Source: a bacterium (GTDB lineage: Bacteria; Krumholzibacteriota; Krumholzibacteriia; LZORAL124-64-63). From it: a stretch of 64,000 nucleotides of DNA. Position numbers and translations under genes: made by a program. The stretch covers positions 11,457 to 75,456 of the forward strand of contig JANOEP010000008.1 in the NCBI GenBank assembly GCA_031441465.1, written 5' to 3'. Of this stretch, positions 1-8,987 are shown piece by piece. The stretch's first letter is position 1. Every line of letters begins with the position of its first letter. The notes under the pieces were generated by a model. That model had not been told where the DNA came from, made no database searches, and saw nothing but the letters and a program-made list of their open reading frames with translations.

Positions 1-74
1 TGCGCGGATCGGCATCCGGACAGGGCGAACAACAGCACCAGGCCGGCGGACACGAGGATGCGCTTCGACGTCAT
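1..74 (-). CDS. Lipoprotein, N-terminal fragment (runs off the window edge)
   Basis: Reverse strand reads MTSKRILVSAGLVLLFALSGCRSA: basic N-region, hydrophobic core, LSGC lipobox; GGGGGA RBS upstream. Confidence 0.65.
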   Translation of the reverse strand, partial: MTSKRILVSAGLVLLFALSGCRSA

Positions 75-221
75 TCGGATTCCCCCTGAGGACACGCACA
101 CGGCAGCCGGCCAGTTCTAGGATCGGAATCTGCCGGGGTGGGGACGTGGCACCGGTTTCGGCCGGACACGGAGACGGGCCGCATGAAGACCGGGCGCCGC
201 GGAAAGCAATGAGCAACAAGA

Positions 222-250
222 ATTAAATGCCGCCGCCGGGTCCCTGTCAA
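222..250 (-). promoter_or_regulatory. sigma70-type promoter for the lipoprotein gene
   Basis: TTGACA-N17-TTTAAT on the minus strand in an AT-rich patch. Confidence 0.6.
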
Positions 251-273
251 GAGGAGACGGCGGGAACGGCTCT

Positions 274-756
274 TCAGTGGGGTGGGCGCTGGCCGCGCTC
301 CCAGGGCATCAACCGCAGGAACTCGCGGCGCTCCTCGACCGTCATGCCGCCGAGATCCTCGACGAGCGCCTCGGCGACCGTCGAGTCGAGCCGGGCCTGG
401 GCGGCCGTCATGGCCCGCACCAGCGGCAGGATCGCGGCGCGGTCCAGGTCGGGGCTGTTCAGGGCTTCACGCAGGGCCAGCCGGGCGGTTTCGACCTCGT
501 CCCGCAGGCCGCCGACACGGGGTTGCATCCGCTCGCGCAGCTTCAGCAGCCGGCCGTGGCGCTCGGGGTCGAAACGACGGTCCTGGCGCGGTCCGTGCCC
601 GTCGCCCCGCATTTCCCCGCCGGGACCGCCCTCGTCGCGGAAACGGCAGGCTGCGACCGCGTCCGAGGCGTCGTCGTGCACCCGGCGCAGCGCCAGGCCG
701 AGCCCCACGTTCAGGCCCAGGGAAACCAGCAGCAGCAGGAGCAGCAGGCGCTTCAT
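274..756 (-). CDS. Periplasmic heavy-metal sensor / Spy-CpxP-like protein
   Basis: MKRLLLLLLLVSLGLNVG N-terminus (SLxLN), helical body, MTVEERREF (LTxxQ-like); start overlaps the anti-sigma stop (ATGA). Confidence 0.75.
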   Translation of the reverse strand: MKRLLLLLLLVSLGLNVGLGLALRRVHDDASDAVAACRFRDEGGPGGEMRGDGHGPRQDRRFDPERHGRLLKLRERMQPRVGGLRDEVETARLALREALNSPDLDRAAILPLVRAMTAAQARLDSTVAEALVEDLGGMTVEERREFLRLMPWERGQRPPH

Positions 757-1205
757 CGTGATTCCTCCCGGGCGGAGCCGGTCCAGGCCATGGTGAGCAA
801 GCCGTCGAGGTCCGCGGCGGCGTCCGCGGACAGCAGCGTGCCCGCGATGATGTCGTCGGTCAGGATCCTGGCCACGCCGTTGGGCTCCCCGGCGAGCCGA
901 TCTCCCAGCACGATGCCGCAGACCAGCGCCGCCGCGGCGGCCGCGGGGAAGGACCAGCGGCGCCAGACCGGCGCACCGGCCCGTTGGCCCGCCGGGTGCA
1001 GGGCGGTCGCGATCCCCTCCCAGGCCGGGCGGACCGGCGCCGGCGCCGGCAACTCTCCCAGAAGATTCCAGACGGTCTCGCTCTGCGCGAGAAGTCGGCG
1101 GCACCCCTCGCAGGCGGCGCAGTGCGCCTCGATCTCCAGGCGGGCGGTCGAGTCCAGGCTTCCGCTCAACCAAGCGGTCAATCGTGTGTCGATGTGGTTC
1201 ATCAC
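753..1205 (-). CDS. zf-HC2 (ZAS) membrane anti-sigma factor
   Basis: HCAACEGC (HxxxCxxC) motif, one TM segment, coupled to the ECF sigma gene. Confidence 0.85.
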   Translation of the reverse strand: MMNHIDTRLTAWLSGSLDSTARLEIEAHCAACEGCRRLLAQSETVWNLLGELPAPAPVRPAWEGIATALHPAGQRAGAPVWRRWSFPAAAAAALVCGIVLGDRLAGEPNGVARILTDDIIAGTLLSADAAADLDGLLTMAWTGSAREESR

Positions 1206-1750
1206 CCTGCTCCTGGTTCGGGTGCGAGTTCCCGTCGCAGCGTGTCCAGAGCCCTGACCAACAGGGACTCGACCGCGCCCTCGCTCGTGCCCATCGCCGC
1301 GGCGATGTCGCGCTGGCTCAGGTCGTGGTACCGCCGCAGCACCAGCGCTTCACGCTGCCGCGACGGGAGACCCGCCAGCGCACTCTGGAGGCGCAGCCGC
1401 AGCTGCTCCCCCGCGACGACCGCGTCGGGAGCGGGCCCGCGACCGGCGCGGTCGTGGACGTCGAGATCGAAACGGACCCAGCCGACGATCTTGCGGCGCC
1501 GGGCCCAGCTGCGCGCCAGGTTGCCGGCGATCCGGAACAACCAGCTCTGGAAGCGGCCCTCGGCCCGATAGCCGCCGGCGTGGGCGTGGACCTTCAGGAA
1601 GGTGTCCTGCGTCAGGTCCTCGGCCTCCTCGCGCGACCCGGTCATGCGCCAATGGAACGCCTGGACCTGGTGCTCCCAGCGTTCGACGAGGAGGCGGAAG
1701 GCCGCCTCCTCGCCCGCGGCGATGCGCGTCATGAGCTGGTCGTCGTTCAC
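1202..1750 (-). CDS. ECF RNA polymerase sigma factor
   Basis: AEDLTQDTFLK and FQSWLFRIAGN (region 2); LSQRDIAAAMGTSEGAVESLL (region 4 HTH). Confidence 0.93.
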   Translation of the reverse strand: MNDDQLMTRIAAGEEAAFRLLVERWEHQVQAFHWRMTGSREEAEDLTQDTFLKVHAHAGGYRAEGRFQSWLFRIAGNLARSWARRRKIVGWVRFDLDVHDRAGRGPAPDAVVAGEQLRLRLQSALAGLPSRQREALVLRRYHDLSQRDIAAAMGTSEGAVESLLVRALDTLRRELAPEPGAG

Positions 1751-1778
1751 GAGTCGCCACTCTCCGCTTCATGCCTGG

Positions 1779-2324
1779 TCAGCGATTCCCCCCGCGCGGC
1801 CCATGGGGGCCGTCGCCGCCGCACTCGCCGGACCCGCCGCAGCCGTTGCCGCGCATCCCGCACCCGCCGTCGGGGCCGGGACGGCCGTCGTGATGCCCGC
1901 GGCCGCCGCGCCCGCGGGGGCCGTCCCCCGGCAGCGGCATCCGGTCGCGCTGTTCGGGCGTCAACTGTCCGCGCACCGCCAGGCGGGTCTGCAGCCGCCG
2001 CACCTGCTGCTCGGTGCGCAGTTCGCCCATCCGCTCGACGAGCCGCTCGGCGGCCGCCGCGTCGGGCTCGTCCTGCATCATGATCCCCTGCAGCTCGTGG
2101 CGCAGGCGCAGGATCTCCTTGCGGGTCTCACGCCCGCTTGCACGCGCCTCGTCATGGATCTTCGCGATGGCGGCGGTCTGGGCTGCGGTCAGGTCCAACC
2201 GCGCGAGCATCCGGCCGGGGCCGGCTTCGTCGCCGCGGCCGCAAGGCGACCTGCCGGGTCCGGCCCAGGCGGTGGCGGCCATGATCAGGATCATGGCGGC
2301 GATGAACGGGATGCGGGTCTTCAT
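1779..2324 (-). CDS. Spy/CpxP family periplasmic chaperone
   Basis: Signal peptide; LDLTAAQ and LTPEQR (LTxxQ) motifs; Gly/Cys/His-rich tail. Confidence 0.85.
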   Translation of the reverse strand: MKTRIPFIAAMILIMAATAWAGPGRSPCGRGDEAGPGRMLARLDLTAAQTAAIAKIHDEARASGRETRKEILRLRHELQGIMMQDEPDAAAAERLVERMGELRTEQQVRRLQTRLAVRGQLTPEQRDRMPLPGDGPRGRGGRGHHDGRPGPDGGCGMRGNGCGGSGECGGDGPHGPRGGNR

Positions 2325-2428
2325 GTCGGGATCCTCCAGCGTGGGTGGTCGTGCGATCGGTTCGTTTCCCGTTGCCTGCAGGTTCGCCCTCCTGAACGCC
2401 CGGACACCATCGATCCTGCGCGACCGGG

Positions 2429-4426
2429 TCAGGGTCGCGCGAGCAGCGAATCGACGCGAGCCAGCTGCTCCCGCAATCCGGCATGGTCGGGCCGCCGGCG
2501 CCGGCCTTCAGCGAAGGCCGCGCGCGCCTCCGGGAAGCGGCGGTCGCGGGCCAGGATCACGCCCAGATCGAGCCAGCCGCGCGGGTCGTCGGGCGCGGCC
2601 ATCGTCAGCGTCGTGGCGAATTCCCGGGCCTCGTCGGAGCGGCCGGTCTCCGCCATGGCGACGGCGGCCTGGTGCAGCAGGTCGGGATCCTGCGGCGCCT
2701 CGCGCAGCAGGGGCAGCAGGACGGGCAGCGCTGCGGCGGCCTCGCCCCGGCTCAGGGCCAGCGCGACGAAGTCCCGGCGGACGCCTTCAGCCGGCGCGGC
2801 GCGCGCAGACCCCTCACGCAGGCAAGCCAAGGCCTCCTGCTCGCGGCCGGCCTGCAACAACAAGCCGGCCAGGCCGCGCCAAGCCTCGGGATGCAAGGGG
2901 TCGCGCGCGAGCGCGGCGCGGAACAACTCTTCGGCGCGGCGCGCTGCCGATCCGGCCCGGTCTGCACCTCCGTCGGCAGCCCGGCGCGATTCGGCGAGGT
3001 GCGACCAGCGGACGGCTTCGTTGAGATCGCCGGCGGCCTCCAGCCGTGCGAGTTGGCTGCCCAGTCCCCAGGGCTGCACCGCCGACACCGCCGCGAGGCC
3101 CACCGCGACGGCTGTGATCAGAGCCCGACTTCGCGCCCGGCACAAGGCCGCGACGGCGGCGCCGGTCAGCAGCGCCAGCCCGGGCACGAGCACCAGCCGG
3201 TATCGCGACACCACGAAGAACAGGCTCTGTGCGATGACGATCAGCAGCAGACCCAGCGCCCACGGTCGCAACCTGGGATCGCGCCGCAGCGCGAGCGCGG
3301 CACCGGCCAAGCCCCCCGCCGCGAGCAGCCCGTAGGGCACGCAGAACAGACGCAGGATCGGCGCTTCCCGCGTCCAGGCGGCGTGAGGCGAGATCTGCGG
3401 GATCTCGGCCGTCACGAGGTGCAGCCGGACCTTGCGCAGCCACAGGCCGATCGTGTGCAGGGGCCGTTCCTTCATGACGCGCCACGCCTCGCCGGCCCAG
3501 GCGCGATCGGCGGCCCCCTCGTCGGCCAGCGGTCGCCCCAGCCGGTCCGACAGGAATCGTCGCCCCGAAGGATCCTCCCCGACGTCCAGACCCCGGAAGG
3601 TCTGGAACATCCCGTTGGCCGCGCCGCCGTTGCCGATGTAGAGGTTGATGCCGGCGTTGAGGCTCGGCCCGGCGGGCCGGCCCAACCGCACGGAGTTGAA
3701 CAGCGCGAAGGGCGACATCACCAGCAGCGCCGCGCCGATGACCGTTGCTTGCCGGCGGCGGCGGTCGGCGGTGCCGATCGTCAGCAACGCCGGCACGAGC
3801 AGCAGCAGGGCGGTGCCGCGCAGCAGGGCGGCGAGGCCGAGGCACACGCCCACACCGGCGGCTCGCCGCCGGAGCCGCCGATCACCCGCGGCCGTCTCAC
3901 CCTGGCCGATGGTGCCCGGCGCGACCGCGAGCGTCAGGCCGAGCGTGGCCAGGAACGTCAGCGGCACTTCCATCAAGGCGGATCCGGCCAGCACCGCCCC
4001 CGGCCGGTAAAGCAGCCACAGCAGCGCCGGCAACCAGCACATCGCCGGCGGTAACAAACGCCGGCCCTCGCGCAGCAGCAGCCAAGCCGTCCCCAACCAC
4101 ATCGCGAACTGGGCCACGCGCAGACCCCAGGGAGGCGGGCCCGTCCGGACTCCCTGGGCGTCCAGCCGGCGCCCGCCGCCGGTCGCCGCCACGAGGTAGG
4201 GATAGAGGGGGGACATGACCGCCGGCCGCTCGGGCGTCAGGCGACCACCGGCGATGGCGGCGCCCTCGCGCAGGTAGTGCGCCTCGTCGAGCACCGGGAC
4301 AAGGGACAAGGGGGAACGGTCGAGGTCGCGCCACGCCGCGAACCACACCGCAGACACGGCCAAGACCACGGCCACGGCCAAGACCGTGGGTCGGCCCGCT
4401 CGGATCCCGGGGGCGGAGCGGATCAT
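2429..4426 (-). CDS. Membrane glycosyltransferase (GT39/PMT-like) with C-terminal TPR repeats
   Basis: LDEAHY, SPLYPY, GINLYIGN and FFVVSRYR motifs; multiple TM helices; TPR-like C-terminus. Confidence 0.8.
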   Translation of the reverse strand: MIRSAPGIRAGRPTVLAVAVVLAVSAVWFAAWRDLDRSPLSLVPVLDEAHYLREGAAIAGGRLTPERPAVMSPLYPYLVAATGGGRRLDAQGVRTGPPPWGLRVAQFAMWLGTAWLLLREGRRLLPPAMCWLPALLWLLYRPGAVLAGSALMEVPLTFLATLGLTLAVAPGTIGQGETAAGDRRLRRRAAGVGVCLGLAALLRGTALLLLVPALLTIGTADRRRRQATVIGAALLVMSPFALFNSVRLGRPAGPSLNAGINLYIGNGGAANGMFQTFRGLDVGEDPSGRRFLSDRLGRPLADEGAADRAWAGEAWRVMKERPLHTIGLWLRKVRLHLVTAEIPQISPHAAWTREAPILRLFCVPYGLLAAGGLAGAALALRRDPRLRPWALGLLLIVIAQSLFFVVSRYRLVLVPGLALLTGAAVAALCRARSRALITAVAVGLAAVSAVQPWGLGSQLARLEAAGDLNEAVRWSHLAESRRAADGGADRAGSAARRAEELFRAALARDPLHPEAWRGLAGLLLQAGREQEALACLREGSARAAPAEGVRRDFVALALSRGEAAAALPVLLPLLREAPQDPDLLHQAAVAMAETGRSDEAREFATTLTMAAPDDPRGWLDLGVILARDRRFPEARAAFAEGRRRRPDHAGLREQLARVDSLLARP

Positions 4427-4439
4427 CGGCCTCCCCGTG

Positions 4440-5489
4440 TCACACGCTGAAGCGGATGTTCAGCACGTCGCCGTCGCGGACCTCGTAGGATTTCCCCTCC
4501 AGCCGCAGCTTGTTCAGCTTCTTGGCTTCGGCCAGGCCGCCGGCGGCGATGAGGTCCTCGTAGGCGACGGTCTCGGCGCGGATGAACCCGCGTTCGAGGT
4601 CGGAGTGGATCACCCCGGCCGCTTCCGGCGCCAGCGCGCCGCAACGCAGCGTCCAGGCCCGGCACTCGTCCTCGCCGACGGTGAAGAAGCTGTGCAGGCC
4701 CAGGGCGCGGTAGGCCGAGCGCACCATGCGGTGGGCGGCGGGCTCGGCGACGCCCAGGTCGGCGAGGAATTCGCTGCGTTCCTGGGGCGACAGTTCGGCC
4801 AGTTCGGCCTCGACCTTGGCGCAAAGGTCGACGACCTCCGCCCCGGCGGTCGCGGCGGCCGCGCGCACGTCGTCCGGCACGCCGCCCTCGTCGCCGTTCA
4901 GCACCAGGATCAGCGGTTTGAGCGTGAGCAGGGAGAAGCCGCTGGTGAGCTTGCGCTCGTCGGGGTTCAACTCGAGATCGCGCAGGGGTTTGCCTTCGCT
5001 CAGCACCGCCTGGAAGCGCTCCATCAGCGGCGGCTCCAGCGGCTGATCGTTCTTGCCCTTGCGCTGCTTCTCCTTGGCCAGTTTGTCGATCCGGTTTTCG
5101 ACGACCTGCAGGTCGGCCAGGGCCAACTCCAGAGCCAGCGACTCGATCTCCCCCTGGGGATCCGGCGGCTCGATGTCGTTGCCGAAGCAGCGCACGACCT
5201 GCGCCAGGGCGTCGACCCGTCGCGCGTGCTCCAGGAACCGCGTGCCCTCGCCCGGCCCGGCGGCGCCCGAGGGCTCGAAGCCCGGCACGTCGACCCACTC
5301 CACCGTGGCGTGGACCTCGCGCTTCGGCTTGAACATGGCTGTCAATGTCTCGAGGCGCGGATCGGGGATCCTGCCGACGGCGAGGTGAGGCTCCACGCCC
5401 CCCATGCCGGTGGGCAGGGCAGCGCCGGTGACGGCGTTGAACAGGGTGGTCTTGCCGGTGAATTTGAAACCCAGTATACCGATCTGCAC
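4440..5489 (-). CDS. ychF: YchF (OBG-family) ATPase
   Basis: P-loop GFKFTGKTT, DVPG, FFTVGEDECRAW, AGVIHSDLERGFIRAE, LEGKSYEVRDGD. Confidence 0.93.
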   Translation of the reverse strand: MQIGILGFKFTGKTTLFNAVTGAALPTGMGGVEPHLAVGRIPDPRLETLTAMFKPKREVHATVEWVDVPGFEPSGAAGPGEGTRFLEHARRVDALAQVVRCFGNDIEPPDPQGEIESLALELALADLQVVENRIDKLAKEKQRKGKNDQPLEPPLMERFQAVLSEGKPLRDLELNPDERKLTSGFSLLTLKPLILVLNGDEGGVPDDVRAAAATAGAEVVDLCAKVEAELAELSPQERSEFLADLGVAEPAAHRMVRSAYRALGLHSFFTVGEDECRAWTLRCGALAPEAAGVIHSDLERGFIRAETVAYEDLIAAGGLAEAKKLNKLRLEGKSYEVRDGDVLNIRFSV

Positions 5490-5689
5490 GCGGATCTCCT
5501 CAGGGTCGGGAAGGGCGGGGCGGCCCGATGATAACCCTCGCGCCGTGGATCTGCAATCCGGGCCTGCCGGAGCCGGCTCGAGCGGCGGGCTGAAAAACCC
5601 CGTGCATTTTCTTGAGATTCCGGAGATCGCGACCTACCGTAGATGTGAATCGGTTAACAGCACTTCCACCCCCAGCAAGGACAGAGGCC

Positions 5690-7345
5690 ATGTTCCGCAA
5701 GAAGCACTCCCACGCCTCCGGTTTCCCCACGCGCATGGAACTGCTGCACGACCCCGCGCTGAACAAAGGCTCGGCGTTCACCGACAAGGAGCGCGACGCG
5801 CTCGGCCTGCGCGGCCTGCTGCCGCCGCGGGTCCACACCATCGGCGACCAGGTCGACCGGGTCATGGAGAACTTCCGCAAGCAGCCGACGGATCTGGCGA
5901 AGTACATCTTCCTGATCGGCCTGCAGTCGCGCAACGAAGCCTTGTTCTTCCAGGTGATCCTGAACAACCTCGACGAGATGATGCCGATCGTCTACACGCC
6001 GACCGTCGGCCAGGCCTGCGTCGAGTACGGGCACATCTTCCGCAAGCCCCGCGGCCTGTTCATCACGGCCGAGGACCGCGGCCACATCGAGGACATCATG
6101 TGGAACTGGCCCGAGGAGGACGTGCGCATCATCGTCGTCACCGACGGCGAGCGCATCCTCGGCCTGGGCGACCAGGGCGCCAACGGCATGGGCATCCCGG
6201 TCGGCAAGCTGACGCTCTACACGGCCTGTGCGGGCGTGCACCCCGTGTACACGCTGCCCATCACGCTGGACGTGGGCACCGACCGCGAGACGCTGCTCAA
6301 CGACCCCCTCTACATCGGCATGCCCCACAAGCGCCTGCGCGGCCCCGCCTACGACGAGTTCATCGAGGAATTCGTGGTCGCCGTGCAGAAGGTGTACCCC
6401 AAGGCGATCCTCCAGTTCGAGGACTTCGCCAACTGCAACGCCTTCCGGCTGCTCGCGAAGTACCGCGACCGCATCTGCAGCTTCAACGATGACATCCAGG
6501 GCACGGCTTCGGTCGCCCTGGCCGGCGTGTTCTCGTCGCTGCGGGTCACCGGCCTGTCGCTGTCCGAGCAGAAGATCCTGTTCTACGGCGCCGGCGAGGC
6601 GGGCATCGGCATCGGCGAGCTGATCGTCTCGGCGATGGTCGCCGACGGCATGGACCGCCAGGCGGCGATGGAGCGGATCTGGTACGTGGATTCCACCGGC
6701 CTGGTGTGCAAGTCGCGCACCGACCTGGCGGTGCACAAGAAGCCCTTCGCCCACGACCACCCGTTCATCGGCAGCCTCCTGGAGGCCGTGGAGAAATTGC
6801 AACCCACCTGCCTGATCGGCGTCTCGGGCACGCCGCAGACGTTCACCAAGCCGGTGGTCGAGGCGATGGCCCGCCTCAACAAGCGGCCGGTGATCTTCGC
6901 GCTGTCCAACCCGACCTCGAAGGCCGAGTGCACGGCCGAGCAGTGCTACAGCTGGAGCGAGGGCCGCGCCCTGTTCGCCAGCGGCAGCCCCTTCGACCCG
7001 GTGGAACTGAACGGCAAGCGGCACGTGTCGGGCCAGGGCAACAACGCCTACATCTTCCCGGGCGTGGGCCTGGGCGCGATCGTCTGCGAGGCGACGCGGA
7101 TCACCGACGAGATGTTCTCCCGGGCCGCGCACGCGCTGGCCGGGCAGGTGACCGAGGGCGACCTGGCCACCGGCTGCCTGTACCCGCCGCTGCAGCAGAT
7201 CCGCAACGTGTCGGCGCACATCGCGGCCGCGGTCGCCGAAGTGGCCTACGACGAGGGCCTCGCCCAGAAGGCCCGTCCGGACGACCTGCTGCAGGCGATG
7301 AAGGACGCCATGTACAATCCGAATTACGTCAGCTACCTCGAGTGA
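5690..7345 (+). CDS. maeA: NAD(P)-dependent malic enzyme (MaeA/SfcA type)
   Basis: NKGSAFT, VYTPTVG, VTDGERILGLGD, FEDF, FNDDIQGT, GAGEAG, LSNPT. Confidence 0.95.
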   Translation: MFRKKHSHASGFPTRMELLHDPALNKGSAFTDKERDALGLRGLLPPRVHTIGDQVDRVMENFRKQPTDLAKYIFLIGLQSRNEALFFQVILNNLDEMMPIVYTPTVGQACVEYGHIFRKPRGLFITAEDRGHIEDIMWNWPEEDVRIIVVTDGERILGLGDQGANGMGIPVGKLTLYTACAGVHPVYTLPITLDVGTDRETLLNDPLYIGMPHKRLRGPAYDEFIEEFVVAVQKVYPKAILQFEDFANCNAFRLLAKYRDRICSFNDDIQGTASVALAGVFSSLRVTGLSLSEQKILFYGAGEAGIGIGELIVSAMVADGMDRQAAMERIWYVDSTGLVCKSRTDLAVHKKPFAHDHPFIGSLLEAVEKLQPTCLIGVSGTPQTFTKPVVEAMARLNKRPVIFALSNPTSKAECTAEQCYSWSEGRALFASGSPFDPVELNGKRHVSGQGNNAYIFPGVGLGAIVCEATRITDEMFSRAAHALAGQVTEGDLATGCLYPPLQQIRNVSAHIAAAVAEVAYDEGLAQKARPDDLLQAMKDAMYNPNYVSYLE

Positions 7346-8216
7346 CCCGCAGGCGGGCGACCACGCCCGCCGCGGGCCGACCGTCGGGGTCGCTATCCTC
7401 CACATGCGCCAGGATGTCGAACCGGGAGGCGGGGAAGAGCTCGAGGAGCTCCCCCGCCTCCACGCAATAACGCCGTTTCGGCAGGCGGGCGACGTCGGGC
7501 ACGAAGCGGAAGGTGCGCACGACCGCCACGCCGCCGGGAGCCAGCAAGCGGGGCAATGCCGCCAGCAGCGGCCGGTGCAGGAAGCGCAGCGCCAGCGCCA
7601 GCGCCCACGGACCGGCGGGCGCCGCGCTCTGGGCGGTCAGGTCGCGGCACAGCGTGCGCACCGCGACGCCCTGACCGCTCGCGAGCCGTTCGCAGAGGGC
7701 GAGCGCATCCGGCAGATGATCCACGGCCGTGACGTCGTGGCCCCGCCCCGCGAGCCAGACCGCCTCGCGGCCGCCCCCGCAGCCGAAATCGACGACGGGA
7801 CCCGCACCCGGCGGCGGCAGCAGGTCGGCGTGCGAGGCCAGGAAGGCGTTCGGACGCCACAGCCCGCGCATCTCGACGCTCGTCACCCAATCGCCCCGCG
7901 GCGCGTCCCCCCCCTGCAGCACGGCCCCGTCGACGTGCTCGCGACCCCGCTCCCGCAGCCAGAGCACCGCCGCGGCGACCGGACCCGGTTCGTCGCCGAC
8001 CAGCAACAGCGGCAGGTGGCGCGGCGGCAGCAGCGCGGCGGGCAGCGCGGCGGCGAACGCCGCTTCACCGGGCGGCCCGTCTGCCGCCTCGATCGGCAAC
8101 GACACCGCGCCGCGCGGGTGGCCGGCGCGATGAGCCGCCGCCGGGCGCAGGTCGGCCACGTCCCCGGACTGCCAGGCGGGGTGAGCGCCAACGTCGTGCC
8201 AGGACAGCAGTTTCAT
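7329..8216 (-). CDS. Rhodanese-like + TehB-type SAM methyltransferase fusion
   Basis: N-terminal DLR..HRAGHPRGAVSLP (rhodanese); VDFGCGGGREAVWLAGRG SAM motif I; FLHRPL. Confidence 0.75.
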   Translation of the reverse strand: MKLLSWHDVGAHPAWQSGDVADLRPAAAHRAGHPRGAVSLPIEAADGPPGEAAFAAALPAALLPPRHLPLLLVGDEPGPVAAAVLWLRERGREHVDGAVLQGGDAPRGDWVTSVEMRGLWRPNAFLASHADLLPPPGAGPVVDFGCGGGREAVWLAGRGHDVTAVDHLPDALALCERLASGQGVAVRTLCRDLTAQSAAPAGPWALALALRFLHRPLLAALPRLLAPGGVAVVRTFRFVPDVARLPKRRYCVEAGELLELFPASRFDILAHVEDSDPDGRPAAGVVARLRVTRGS

Positions 8217-8316
8217 GCGGCGCCCTCTTCCCCGCCGGCCGCGGGTCTGCTATGATCCGCGCCGACGCTGGCCGTGGTCCCGAACCGCGGCCGTGATCAT
8301 CGACGGCGGGTGGACC

Positions 8317-8862
8317 ATGTTGCGTTACACCTTGTTGCGGACCGTCCTGGACCCCTTGCTGGCAGTCGCCGGCGACGCCGGGCTCGTGCGCCTGGAATTC
8401 CTGCCGCGCGCCTACCAATACCACATCCACGCCCACGCCGTCGCGCGGTCGCTCGGAGCAGAACCGGGACTGCACGAAGACGACGCGTCGTTCGACGTCC
8501 TGCGTTCCCAGCTCGCCGAGTACTTCACCGGCCGCCGCGAGGCCTTCGACCTCGCGCTGGACCCGCACGGCACGCCGTTCCAGCTCGCGGTGTGGCACCG
8601 GCTGCTGGCGATCCCCTACGGCAAACTGCGCGCCTACAAGCAAGTGGCCGCCGAGATCCGCCGGCCCGACGCGGTGCGGGCCGTCGGCCAGGCGGTCGGC
8701 CAGAATCCCCTGCCTATCCTGATTCCCTGCCACCGCGTCGTCGGCGCGGACGGAGCGCTCGTCGGTTTCACCGGCGGTCTGTCGGTCAAGGCCCAGCTGT
8801 TGCGCCTCGAGGGCCATACCCTGGGCGATGCTCCCCGCTTGGAAGCGCCTCAACTCTTCTGA
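8317..8862 (+). CDS. ogt: Methylated-DNA--protein-cysteine methyltransferase
   Basis: GTPFQ..VW, IPYG, RAVG, IPCHRV active site. Confidence 0.93.
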   Translation: MLRYTLLRTVLDPLLAVAGDAGLVRLEFLPRAYQYHIHAHAVARSLGAEPGLHEDDASFDVLRSQLAEYFTGRREAFDLALDPHGTPFQLAVWHRLLAIPYGKLRAYKQVAAEIRRPDAVRAVGQAVGQNPLPILIPCHRVVGADGALVGFTGGLSVKAQLLRLEGHTLGDAPRLEAPQLF

Positions 8863-8987
8863 TTCCAGGCCGAAGACACGCTCGTCTCCGGGCTGGCGCG
8901 CAACGCCGTCCCCGGGTTATCTTCCCCGGCCGAACTCACTCCGCACGGGAGTGACTGGCCAGGACCGTCGAGCGACGAGGAGTCTCC

